Made by a program: the position numbers and the translations under genes
Origin: an uncultured Gammaproteobacteria bacterium
GTDB taxonomy: Bacteria > Patescibacteriota > Microgenomatia > Daviesbacterales > UBA10151
NCBI GenBank assembly: GCA_964362195.1
Contig: CAYICZ010000002.1
Location: 63-64,062 of the forward strand
Length of the DNA stretch: 64,000 nucleotides
Reading direction: 5' to 3'
In this document: piece after piece, positions 41,043-50,751 of the stretch
Layout: each line of letters begins with the position of its first letter
Position numbering within the stretch: position 1 is the stretch's first letter
The notes under the pieces: model-generated
What the model was told of the DNA's origin: nothing
What the model saw: only the letters and a program-made list of their open reading frames with translations
The model's database searches: none

Positions 41043-42737
41043 ATGCCCAATACAACCCTTGAGGATATCTTATTTAACCAGGGTGTAATTACCAGTGACC
41101 AGCTCTCTGCTGTTAAGCTGGAAAGTATAAATTCAGGCCAGGGTGTTGATAAAATTCTTCTGCAGCATAATATAGTCAGCGCAGATAAAATTACCCAGGC
41201 AAAAGCACAGCTTCTGAATGTTCCTTTTATAAAACTGGAAGGAAAAGCAATTGCGGCTGATGTATTAAATCTTGTTCCGGAGCCGGCTGCAAGGCGCTAC
41301 CGGATTATCCCTTTTGAAAAATCTAAAGATGAACTTATGGTGGCTATGGAAGATCCGCTGGATATTCAGATTATCCAGTTTGTAGAAAAAAGATCCGGAA
41401 TGAGAGTAAAGCCATATTTAGCGCTTTCTGAGGATGTTTTAAAAGCAATTGGTGATCAATATTCACAAAATTTAACATCAGAGGTAACATCTGCCTTAAG
41501 GGAAGTTCAATCTGTCAGGCCTGATGAAGATCTGACACAAGCTCCTGAAATTATCAGGGAAGCTCCTGTTTCAAATATAGTTAACCAGCTTTTGGAATAT
41601 GCCATTAAAACCCGTGCTTCAGATATTCATATTGAGCCTGAGGAAGATCGGACAAGGGTTAGATATAGAATAGATGGAATTCTGCAGGAAAAAATACTTC
41701 TGCCAAAAGGGGTTCATGATGCCCTGATTTCACGTATCAAAATTTTATCTGTTTTAAAGATTGATGAAAAAAGACTGCCTCAGGATGGCCGTTTTACTTT
41801 TAAATATGGACAAAACGAAGTTGATCTTAGGGTATCTACAGTTCCCACAGTTTTTGGAGAAAAAGTGGTTATGAGGCTTTTACCCAAAAGCAATGCTGCC
41901 CCAACCCTACTAGAGTTAGGTTTAAGAGGTGTTTCGGTGAAGGCTTTGGAGTCTCAGCTACTTCGAACCCATGGAATTATTTTAATTTGTGGTCCAACAG
42001 GTTCAGGTAAAACAACTACGCTATATTCAATTTTAACTAAAGTTTCGACAACTAAAGTTAATGTTGTAACAGTTGAAGATCCGGTTGAATATCAAATTAC
42101 CGGAGTTAATCAGGTTCAGGTAAATCCCACTGTAGGTTTAACTTTTGCCTCGGCTCTGCGTTCATTCCTTAGACAGGATCCTAATATTATAATGGTAGGA
42201 GAGATTAGAGATACAGAGACTGCAGAGTTAGCGATCCAGGCTGCACTAACCGGCCACCAGGTTTTCTCCACTATACACACCAACTCAGCAGCAGGTTCTC
42301 CCCCAAGGCTTTTGGATATGGGAGTTGAGCCATTCCTTTTAACCTCTGCTCTAAATTGTGTGGTAGGACAAAGAGTTGTCAGAAAAATCTGTACCCACTG
42401 TAAAGTCCAATTCAATGCCCCGCCTGAGGTGACAGAAAGCATTAAACAGATACTGGGAAAATTTATACCGGTGAACCAGGCCTCTGTTATGAAGCTTTAT
42501 AAAGGAGCCGGCTGCAGCTTTTGCGCTAAGACCGGCTATTTAGGCAGGATTGGGATTTTTGAAGTTTTGGTAATATCAGATAGCATTGCCAAGCTTATTT
42601 TAGAGCATACCTCCAGTAGCGCAATTGAGGAATTAGCAGTTTCTTCGGGAATGATTACTATGAAGCAGGATGGTTATTTAAAAGTTCTGGAAGCAGTAAC
42701 AACTTTAGAGGAGGTATTGAGGGTAGCTCAAGACTGA
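41043..42737 (+). CDS. pilB: Type IV pilus assembly ATPase PilB
   Basis: N-terminal domain, ASDIHIEP, GPTGSGKTT, LRQDP and CxxC motifs. Confidence 0.95.
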   Translation: MPNTTLEDILFNQGVITSDQLSAVKLESINSGQGVDKILLQHNIVSADKITQAKAQLLNVPFIKLEGKAIAADVLNLVPEPAARRYRIIPFEKSKDELMVAMEDPLDIQIIQFVEKRSGMRVKPYLALSEDVLKAIGDQYSQNLTSEVTSALREVQSVRPDEDLTQAPEIIREAPVSNIVNQLLEYAIKTRASDIHIEPEEDRTRVRYRIDGILQEKILLPKGVHDALISRIKILSVLKIDEKRLPQDGRFTFKYGQNEVDLRVSTVPTVFGEKVVMRLLPKSNAAPTLLELGLRGVSVKALESQLLRTHGIILICGPTGSGKTTTLYSILTKVSTTKVNVVTVEDPVEYQITGVNQVQVNPTVGLTFASALRSFLRQDPNIIMVGEIRDTETAELAIQAALTGHQVFSTIHTNSAAGSPPRLLDMGVEPFLLTSALNCVVGQRVVRKICTHCKVQFNAPPEVTESIKQILGKFIPVNQASVMKLYKGAGCSFCAKTGYLGRIGIFEVLVISDSIAKLILEHTSSSAIEELAVSSGMITMKQDGYLKVLEAVTTLEEVLRVAQD

Positions 42738-42738
42738 T

Positions 42739-43791
42739 ATGAATATACAACAACTTTTGGATTTAACAATACAAAGAAATGCTTCTGATTTACATCTTTC
42801 TGTGGGTTTCCCTCCCACACTCCGTATCCATGGAGATCTGATTCCTGTTGTTGGGGAGACTCCATCTACCCCGCAGCAGATTCAAAGTTTAATTACTCCA
42901 CTTATATCAAGCCAGCAGAAAAGTATTTATGATCAGGGTTTTGAGCTTGATTTTTCTTTTGAAAAGGAGGGAAAAGCCAGATTTCGGGCCAATGTATACA
43001 GACAAAAGGGGTTTCCTGCTGTGGCTCTAAGATTAATCCCGTATATGATTCCTTTACTTGAGAATCTGGGTCTTCCTGCCTCTGTTGTGAAGCTAACAAA
43101 TTTAAAGCAGGGATTTATTTTAGTGACCGGTCCAACAGGCCATGGTAAATCAACAACACTGGCTTCAATGATAAATAAGATTAATATGGAAAGAGCGGAG
43201 CATGTTATTACCATTGAAGATCCGATTGAATATGTATACCCTAAGGGTAAATCTTTTATTGAACAGCGTGAGATGTATCGGGACACCAGATCCTGGGGGA
43301 ATGCCCTGAGGGCTTCTTTAAGGGAAGATCCGGATGTTGTTTTAATTGGTGAAATGAGAGACTTGGAAACCATAGCAGCTGCCATGACAATTGCCGAAAC
43401 CGGTCATTTGGTGCTTGCTACTCTTCATACAAATTCGGCTGCCCAATCAGTTGACAGGATAATAGATGTTTTTCCGGAGATACAACAGCCGCAGATCAGG
43501 CTGCAGTTAGCCTCGACTTTGGAGGCAATTATATCTTTGCGGTTAATTCCAACTATCCAGCCGGGCAGGGTTTTAGCATCAGAGGTTTTATTTGCCACAC
43601 CGGCTGTCAGGAATATTATCAGAGAGGGAAAAACTTACCTTACAGATAACTTAATTGAAACTTCAGGTGAGTTAGGCATGCAAATACTGGAGCGCTCTTT
43701 GGCTGATTTAGTAAAAACGGGAAAAATATCAGAGGATTTAGCTAACCGGTTTGCACTTCGTCCTGAACTCTTGAGTAAACTCATAAAATAA
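42739..43791 (+). CDS. pilT: Type IV pilus retraction ATPase PilT
   Basis: ASDLHL, GPTGHGKSTT, LREDPD and AVRNIIRE motifs. Confidence 0.95.
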   Translation: MNIQQLLDLTIQRNASDLHLSVGFPPTLRIHGDLIPVVGETPSTPQQIQSLITPLISSQQKSIYDQGFELDFSFEKEGKARFRANVYRQKGFPAVALRLIPYMIPLLENLGLPASVVKLTNLKQGFILVTGPTGHGKSTTLASMINKINMERAEHVITIEDPIEYVYPKGKSFIEQREMYRDTRSWGNALRASLREDPDVVLIGEMRDLETIAAAMTIAETGHLVLATLHTNSAAQSVDRIIDVFPEIQQPQIRLQLASTLEAIISLRLIPTIQPGRVLASEVLFATPAVRNIIREGKTYLTDNLIETSGELGMQILERSLADLVKTGKISEDLANRFALRPELLSKLIK

Positions 43792-44994
43792 ATGGCTGAA
43801 TTTAACTACAGTGCAAAAGATAGCGAAGGTTTAAACCACACAGGCTCTGTTAAAACTCCTGATCTTCACTCAGCTGCTGTCATTTTAAGAAAAAAAGGGC
43901 TGATTGTTATTTCCATAACCCCTAAAGGAGGTGGAGCAAATTCTTTTTTAGGAAAGTTTCTCAATAGAGTTTCCTTTACAGACTTGGTTATTATAACCAG
44001 GCAACTGGCAACTATGGTTTCGGCAGGGCTGGTTTTATCTGAAGCTATTGATATTTTGGTTGAACAACAAAATAATAAAACCTTAAAAAAAGCTTTGGAT
44101 GAGATTTCTCAGGATATTAAAGGTGGATTAACTCTGGCTCAGGCTTTAGGTAAATATCCAAATATATTTCCCCGGCTTTATGTTAATTTGGTAAAAAGCG
44201 GTGAAGCTTCGGGAAAGCTAGACCAGGTGCTTGTACAAATGGCTGACGGATTGGAAAAAGACAGGGAGTTTCAAGCCAGAATTAAGGGGGCATTGATTTA
44301 TCCAGTAGTAGTTATTTCGATGATGATTGTTGTTGTCATAATAATGATGGTTTTTGTGATACCAAAGCTGGTAACTCTGTATTCACAATCAACAATTGAC
44401 TTGCCTCTTCCCACTAAAATTCTAATCGGAACATCAAATATGTTTGTGCATTTTTGGTGGCTGATGATCATTGTTATTGTGGGGTCAATCATTGGTATCC
44501 AAAGGTGGAATAAAACCCCTTCGGGAAATCTTTTTCTGGGAAGGCTTCTTTTAAAAACTCCTCTGATCGGCAGAATAATTACCAATGTGACTTTAACCAA
44601 TTTTAACCGTACTTTTGGATTACTCACCGCTGCTGGTATCCCTCTTTTGGAATCAATAGGAATTGTTTCCGAGTTAACAGACAACCCGGTCTATAGGATT
44701 GCGCTAAAAGATGCATATGAAGGTGTTGAAAAAGGCTTGAGCTTTTCTTCTCTTTTAACAGCGGAAGTATTCCCCAAAATTGTTTCCCAGATGATAAAAG
44801 TAGGAGAAGAAACAGGTAAAGTTGATGAGATATTTTTCAAACTGGCAGAATATTTTGAGTCAGAGTCTGATCATCTGGTTAAGAACTTAACTGTAGCAAT
44901 TGAGCCGATAATTTTGATAATTTTAGGTGTTGGAGTAGGATTTTTGGTTATTTCGATCATACTGCCAATATACAAGTTGACAACGTCATTTTAG
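43792..44994 (+). CDS. pilC: Type IV pilus platform protein PilC
   Basis: TRQLATM, GEASG, YP and GEETG T2SSF repeats. Confidence 0.94.
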   Translation: MAEFNYSAKDSEGLNHTGSVKTPDLHSAAVILRKKGLIVISITPKGGGANSFLGKFLNRVSFTDLVIITRQLATMVSAGLVLSEAIDILVEQQNNKTLKKALDEISQDIKGGLTLAQALGKYPNIFPRLYVNLVKSGEASGKLDQVLVQMADGLEKDREFQARIKGALIYPVVVISMMIVVVIIMMVFVIPKLVTLYSQSTIDLPLPTKILIGTSNMFVHFWWLMIIVIVGSIIGIQRWNKTPSGNLFLGRLLLKTPLIGRIITNVTLTNFNRTFGLLTAAGIPLLESIGIVSELTDNPVYRIALKDAYEGVEKGLSFSSLLTAEVFPKIVSQMIKVGEETGKVDEIFFKLAEYFESESDHLVKNLTVAIEPIILIILGVGVGFLVISIILPIYKLTTSF

Positions 44995-45036
44995 TATGAA
45001 TACAATGAAATATACATTGAAAGGGGGTGAATTAAT

Positions 45037-45579
45037 TTGATAAAATCTGCTCACAGAGGTTTCACGCTTGTGGAACTTTTGGTTGTTATCGCAATTATTG
45101 CTATTTTAGCAGCGGTTGTTGTCTTAATCATTAATCCATTAGAACTTACTAGAAGAGGTAGAGATGCAGCCAGATTAACAGACCTTGCAAATTTACAACA
45201 GGCTATTAATGTGGCAGTTCAAGAAGCCACAAATAGCGGTCAAAATATTGCTTGTGCGGGAGCTGGCCCTACTTGTAGAGATGATAGTAAAATTGGTCTA
45301 AGAACAACTGATGGAACTGGATGGGTAAGAGTGAATTTAGGGGTACAAACAAGCGTATCTGTTCCAACTTTACCTGTTGATCCAACTAACAGTACTGTTT
45401 ATCACTATGCCTATTGTGGCAGCGGTGATAATTGGGAAATATACACTGTTTTAGAATCAGCCCAACAAAGTCCTAAGATGACCACTGATGGTGGTACCAA
45501 CAATAATTACTATGAAGTTGGTTCTGTACTTAATTTGGCAGGCACTGCTGCAGGAGGAAGTGGATTTTGCACCTATTAA
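45037..45579 (+). CDS. Type IV pilin (probable major pilin)
   Basis: RG|FTLVELL; strong SD gggggtga. Confidence 0.9.
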   Translation: MIKSAHRGFTLVELLVVIAIIAILAAVVVLIINPLELTRRGRDAARLTDLANLQQAINVAVQEATNSGQNIACAGAGPTCRDDSKIGLRTTDGTGWVRVNLGVQTSVSVPTLPVDPTNSTVYHYAYCGSGDNWEIYTVLESAQQSPKMTTDGGTNNNYYEVGSVLNLAGTAAGGSGFCTY

Positions 45580-45581
45580 AT

Positions 45582-46466
45582 TTGAATTGGTTTGTAGTTT
45601 CGGGAATGGTTTTGGGTGCAATTTTGGGAAGCTTAGTTAAAGCGCTCTCTGATCGGAGCCTAATAAATAAGTCCTTTTGGGGAAGGTCGTATTGTCCGAT
45701 ATGCCATAAGCATTTGAGATTATACGACCTTTTTCCAGTTCTTTCCTATTTATCCACCAGTGGAAGGTGTAGATACTGCAAAAAAAAGATTGGGATTGAA
45801 TATCCTCTGGTAGAAATTGTGATGGGAGTATTAATAGGTTTTCTTTTTTTTCAAAGCTCCCTGAGTTTACTGTCGGTAAATCTTGTTTTAAGTCTTATTT
45901 ATAAAATATTCTTTATCACAATTCTTGCTGTTTTGTTTTTAACAGATTTAAAAAAGATGTTTATACCGGATAGGATAATACTTCCCTCTTTGGTAATAGG
46001 CCTTATCCTTAGTCTGGGAATCACTATTTATAAAATAGGATATTTATATTATTTTCTGCTGCAAAACCCGGTTGGAAAGTTTCTACTCCCCCCCCACTCC
46101 GATTATTTCCTAAGACATGCATTTTATGCTGCAGAGCCCGCCTTAACAGGAATTTTAATGGCCATCTTGATAGGTGGATTTTTCTGGGGTTTAATTATTA
46201 TCACAAAAGGAAAAGGTATGGGTGGAGGTGATGTTAAGCTGGGAGCATTCATGGGGTTGATGTTAGGTTTTCCTCAAGCTCTTATTGCCTTAATTTTATC
46301 TTTTTTAATAGGCGCAATATTTTCCATAATTTTAATTATTTTTGGCAAAAAACATTTAGGACAAACTATCCCCTTTGGACCATTTTTAGTTTTAGGCAGT
46401 TTAATAGTTTTATTTTGGGGAGAAAAGATTTTAAACTGGTACCTAAACTTAAGTATAGGTACTTGA
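45582..46466 (+). CDS. pilD: Prepilin peptidase
   Basis: CPIC/CRYC, TD and GMGGGDVKL, IPFGPFL motifs. Confidence 0.93.
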   Translation: MNWFVVSGMVLGAILGSLVKALSDRSLINKSFWGRSYCPICHKHLRLYDLFPVLSYLSTSGRCRYCKKKIGIEYPLVEIVMGVLIGFLFFQSSLSLLSVNLVLSLIYKIFFITILAVLFLTDLKKMFIPDRIILPSLVIGLILSLGITIYKIGYLYYFLLQNPVGKFLLPPHSDYFLRHAFYAAEPALTGILMAILIGGFFWGLIIITKGKGMGGGDVKLGAFMGLMLGFPQALIALILSFLIGAIFSIILIIFGKKHLGQTIPFGPFLVLGSLIVLFWGEKILNWYLNLSIGT

Positions 46467-46501
46467 CATCAGACGCTTTTCGTACAAATAATTAAGTAGT
46501 A

Positions 46502-46885
46502 ATGAAAAAATTTCTGCCCAAAACAGCTTCTAATCCGAATGGTTTCACCCTGGTTGAACTTCTGGTTGTTATCTCCATTATTGCCATCCTTTCTGTGATT
46601 GGAATTACTATTTTTTCAGGAGTCCAAAAAAATGCCAGAGATGCCAGAAGAAGAGGAGATATAGAAGCTATTTCTAAAGCCTGGGAGGTAAATTATTCCA
46701 AGACTACTCCTTTCTATCCAAAATTAGTCATAACTTGGTTTGCCTCTGGAGCTATACCAAAAGACCCTCAAACAGGTGCTTCATATACGTATACTGGTGC
46801 TAATGAAACTACTGGAGCAGATACTTATAAAGTCTGTGTAACTTTAGAAGATACCACAACGTACTGCAAGTCTAATCAACAATAA
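46502..46885 (+). CDS. Type IV pilin
   Basis: G|FTLVELL. Confidence 0.9.
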   Translation: MKKFLPKTASNPNGFTLVELLVVISIIAILSVIGITIFSGVQKNARDARRRGDIEAISKAWEVNYSKTTPFYPKLVITWFASGAIPKDPQTGASYTYTGANETTGADTYKVCVTLEDTTTYCKSNQQ

Positions 46886-47326
46886 ATGACCAGACGGTCT
46901 GGATTTACTTTAATTGAACTGCTGATCGTAATTTCTATTATTGGTATTTTGTCTGTTATTGGAATGGTTGCTTATAGTACTTTTTTGAAAAATTCCAGGG
47001 ATGCCAAAAGACAGTCAGATTTAAAATTTATCCAGTCTGCATTGGAGGAGTATCATTCTGACCAACTTTATTATCCCTCTGGGACAACTTTAGGTTCATC
47101 AATTACCAATGGTAAAACTCCTCTTAAAACATATTTAACTACAGTTCCTAATGATCCTAAAGATCAATCAGCTTATTCTTATGTTGCTCAACCAAGCGGT
47201 TGTGCCACTGCAGCTTGTACAAGCTATTGTTTATCAGCGAGCTTGGAAAATCTTGTAGGTAAAAAGACAGAAGGTAATTGTTCTAATCCTTCTGGCCCAT
47301 ACAATTTTACTGTTACCAGACCTTAA
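46886..47326 (+). CDS. Type IV pilin
   Basis: G|FTLIELL. Confidence 0.9.
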   Translation: MTRRSGFTLIELLIVISIIGILSVIGMVAYSTFLKNSRDAKRQSDLKFIQSALEEYHSDQLYYPSGTTLGSSITNGKTPLKTYLTTVPNDPKDQSAYSYVAQPSGCATAACTSYCLSASLENLVGKKTEGNCSNPSGPYNFTVTRP

Positions 47327-47345
47327 AATATGATACCTTTAATAT

Positions 47346-47780
47346 ATGAGGTCTGCCGGCTATACACTCATTGAACTTCTAGTTGTTATTTCAATAATAG
47401 GCATTTTGTCTGTTGTAGCTTTTGTAAATATTAAGGAATTCTCCTCCTCTCAAGCATTAAAAAAAGCAGCAGGTGAAGTGCAATCCTTTTTAAGGCTGGC
47501 CCAAAGCAATGCCAGTTCCTCTACTCTCTGCAACGGTGTTGGTGGTGTTCCTTGGACAGTTACTATTAATACAAACACTGTTGTAATTACATGTAATATT
47601 GATACTCCTTATAAAACTTTAACCCTTCAATCAGGAATAACAATAAGTCCCCAGTTTTCAGTGATTTATTCGGCCCTCAAAGGTGTTCCAGATAGCAGTG
47701 TTACTATTACCTTAGATAATGGCAAAGGTGAAACAAAAACAGTGATTTTAACCAGCGGAGGGGCAATAAATGTACAGTGA
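47346..47780 (+). CDS. Minor pilin (FimT/GspH-like)
   Basis: G|YTLIELL. Confidence 0.85.
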   Translation: MRSAGYTLIELLVVISIIGILSVVAFVNIKEFSSSQALKKAAGEVQSFLRLAQSNASSSTLCNGVGGVPWTVTINTNTVVITCNIDTPYKTLTLQSGITISPQFSVIYSALKGVPDSSVTITLDNGKGETKTVILTSGGAINVQ

Positions 47781-48300
47781 AAAAGGACAAAGCCTGATGG
47801 AACTGGTAATTGTGATAGCTGTAGTGGTTATTGTAATAGGAGCTTTAGTTTTTGCCACTATTGCTTCTTTAAGAAATGCCCAATTTGCTAAAAACCAGGC
47901 CCAGGCTACAAAGCTGGCACAGGAAGGCCTGGAATGGGTAAGAACCGGCAGAGACAGGAATAAAGGAATTAATGATCTGGATTCATCAGTGACCAATTGG
48001 GATACAATTTGGGGGTATCAAATTTCGGGGGGTCCTGATACATTTTGTAATAGTTCTTCTATTATAAAACAATGCTATTTTAAAATTTTGTCTGATGGTT
48101 CCTTGATATACATTAATTCTTCTTCTGCCTTTCCATCAGGTTTTGCAGAATCTATTCAGCCAAATTTCGAAAGAGCAATTACATTATCTGATGATTCGGC
48201 TTCTTCTGATAAACAGAAAACTGTTACTGCTATTGTTACATGGACTGATTTTTCAGGGCCACACGAATCAAAGCTGACTACGATCTTGAGGAAATTATGA
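47770..48300 (+). CDS. Minor pilin (PilV-like)
   Basis: G|QSLMEL; AQEGLE motif. Confidence 0.82.
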   Translation: MYSEKGQSLMELVIVIAVVVIVIGALVFATIASLRNAQFAKNQAQATKLAQEGLEWVRTGRDRNKGINDLDSSVTNWDTIWGYQISGGPDTFCNSSSIIKQCYFKILSDGSLIYINSSSAFPSGFAESIQPNFERAITLSDDSASSDKQKTVTAIVTWTDFSGPHESKLTTILRKL

Positions 48301-48902
48301 AAAAAGGATTTACTCTAGTTGAAATTTTGGTAGTTATATCTGTTTTATCAGTTGCCGGGGTAATTATTCTAACTATATTTACCAGGACCTTAAAAGGTAA
48401 TAATAAAGCACAAATTTTATCAGTCATTAAACAAAACGGCCAGGCTGTTTTGGAAAATATGGATAAGACTATAAGAGGAGCAGATAATGTGGTTTGCATC
48501 AGTCCAGATAATAAAACCTTAGTTGTTGCGCAAGGTGGTATATACACCCGCTACAGGTTTGTAGCACCAATTCCTGATACTGCAAATGGATTGATTCAAC
48601 AAGCTAATCCTATTCAGCCTGATACTGGTGATAATAGTGATATTAAGCTTTTTAAGGATAATGTTTGCACAGATCCTATGGGGACAGATACTCAGGGTGG
48701 AAATCTAATAAATATACTTACTGATACTGATTTACAATCAGGAGTATCTGTGGAAAATGGCTCATTTAATAAAAATCCGCAGTCAGGATTTAAAGACACA
48801 ATAACTATAAATTTTCAGCTTGCACATGCTCTGAAGGCTCCCCCGGCAGTTGCAGGGCAGATTGATCCTGTTACATTCCAGACAACTATACAACTAAGAT
48901 GA
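48297..48902 (+). CDS. Minor pilin (PilW-like)
   Basis: G|FTLVEIL. Confidence 0.85.
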   Translation: MKKGFTLVEILVVISVLSVAGVIILTIFTRTLKGNNKAQILSVIKQNGQAVLENMDKTIRGADNVVCISPDNKTLVVAQGGIYTRYRFVAPIPDTANGLIQQANPIQPDTGDNSDIKLFKDNVCTDPMGTDTQGGNLINILTDTDLQSGVSVENGSFNKNPQSGFKDTITINFQLAHALKAPPAVAGQIDPVTFQTTIQLR

Positions 48903-48914
48903 TAATATAAATAT

Positions 48915-49787
48915 ATGATAAAAAGACAATCCGGTCAGGCAATCCTTGCTCTTATATTAATAATGACAGTGGCGCTGGCTATTGGTTTATCAGTTGTCCA
49001 AAAGAGTCTGGTTGACGTGTCAACGTCAACCAAGGTAGAAGAATCAAGCCGGGCTTTCTCTGCAGCCGAGGCAGGTATAGAACACGCTCTAAGGGGTGGC
49101 AGTATAACCTCTCTTCCCGATTTGGGAGATAATAATGCTACGATTACATCAATAACAGGAGGTAATTTAATACCAACTATTCCTGCTGCAAATACAAGAC
49201 AAGATTCCCTGGAATATCCCCCTTTGGCAAAAGAAGAAATAGCCCATGTCTGGCTTGCAGACTTTACTTTGGGTACTAATCCTCCTGATGAATTTTACAA
49301 ACAAACTAGTTTAAATATTTACTGGGGTGATCCTAAAGCTACTGATAAAGCTGCACTGGAGTTAACCATAGTTTCTTTTGACGGAAGTAAGTATATATCT
49401 AATAAGTTTTACTTAGATAATTCAACAATTGCTCCAAGAGGCAACAATTTTGATACAAACACAATTTGTCCTGTAGGAGGGATTAGCGATGTTGGTGTAA
49501 ATAAATATCAATGTTCCAAAATAATTACCGGATTATCCCCGAAATTAATGCTTATCAGGGCACGCCTATTATATAATTCAACTTCCCAGCCTTTTGCTGT
49601 CCAGGCTACGTATCCTTGTGGCGGTACATCTGGAAATAACTGTTTTATTCCTCCACAGGCAAGGATACTTACCTCGACTGGAATTTCCGGTGAAACCCAA
49701 AGACGCGTCCAGGTATTTAGACTGGATAAAGTAGTTCCTCCTTATTTTGACTATGCCATTTTTTCGCTGGGAGCTATAAGTAAGTGA
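48915..49787 (+). CDS. Minor pilin (PilX-like, lacks E5)
   Basis: G|QAILAL; AFSAAEAGIE motif. Confidence 0.8.
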   Translation: MIKRQSGQAILALILIMTVALAIGLSVVQKSLVDVSTSTKVEESSRAFSAAEAGIEHALRGGSITSLPDLGDNNATITSITGGNLIPTIPAANTRQDSLEYPPLAKEEIAHVWLADFTLGTNPPDEFYKQTSLNIYWGDPKATDKAALELTIVSFDGSKYISNKFYLDNSTIAPRGNNFDTNTICPVGGISDVGVNKYQCSKIITGLSPKLMLIRARLLYNSTSQPFAVQATYPCGGTSGNNCFIPPQARILTSTGISGETQRRVQVFRLDKVVPPYFDYAIFSLGAISK

Positions 49788-50188
49788 AAGGCTTCTCTTT
49801 AATTGAGTTACTACTGGTAATAGTAGTTGTTGGCATCAGTGTTTTTTTGCTTGCCAGCTTACCCAATGCCCTGAATTTAATCACCAAAAGCAATCACATG
49901 TCGCTGGCCCGGGAAATTGCCAGCAAACAGCTTGAGGATAAAAGAGCCTTAAGTTATGCAAATTTAGTTCCGGATATTTCAACTATTGCAGATTCAAGGA
50001 TTAGCCTGCTTCCTTTGGGTTCAGGGACTACTACTGTGGAAGATTGTGTAAAAGAAACATATCCCCAGTATTGTCCGAACGACGAACATATAAAACTTGT
50101 GGTTGTGACTATAAATTGGAAAGACAACAGTAAAGATCAAACCATTAGTCTGAATACTTTTATTGGAGAAGGAGGGATAAACCAGTGA
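49784..50188 (+). CDS. Minor pilin
   Basis: G|FSLIELL. Confidence 0.85.
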   Translation: MKGFSLIELLLVIVVVGISVFLLASLPNALNLITKSNHMSLAREIASKQLEDKRALSYANLVPDISTIADSRISLLPLGSGTTTVEDCVKETYPQYCPNDEHIKLVVVTINWKDNSKDQTISLNTFIGEGGINQ

Positions 50189-50751
50189 AAGGCTTAACTT
50201 TGCTTGAGTTGGTAATAACAATGGGTCTTGTTTCGGTAGTAGGACTTTTACTGGTGGTAATTATTGTTAACTCAACCGGAGTTTTTTATAAAGAGTCTTC
50301 CAAGCTTTCTCAAGGTTTAAATATAAATGATGCGTTGTCCAGTATCAGAAGCGATATTAAGCAGTCAGCAGGTGTTGCGGCATCTTATGTAGACGGTTCA
50401 ACAACTTATACCTCAGGAACAACACAACTTGTTTTAAAACGCTCATCCGTTGATTCATCTAATAATTTAATTTCCAATACCTATGATTACTTTGTGTATT
50501 TTTTGGATCAAAAAAAACTACGTTTGAAAACTTTTCCGGATCCGTCAAGCACCAGAAAGCAGCAAGATAAAATATTTTCAACTCTAGTTGACTTTCTTTT
50601 ATTTCAATACTTTGACTTAAATAATCCCCCCACTGAGGTAACACCTGAAATTGCCGGCAAAGTCAGAATAACAATTACACTTAAGGAAAAAAGCGGAGCT
50701 GGTTATGAAACAAAAACAGCTACATCAGAGGCTACCTTAAGAAATGATTAG
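50185..50751 (+). CDS. Minor pilin
   Basis: G|LTLLELV. Confidence 0.82.
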   Translation: MKGLTLLELVITMGLVSVVGLLLVVIIVNSTGVFYKESSKLSQGLNINDALSSIRSDIKQSAGVAASYVDGSTTYTSGTTQLVLKRSSVDSSNNLISNTYDYFVYFLDQKKLRLKTFPDPSSTRKQQDKIFSTLVDFLLFQYFDLNNPPTEVTPEIAGKVRITITLKEKSGAGYETKTATSEATLRND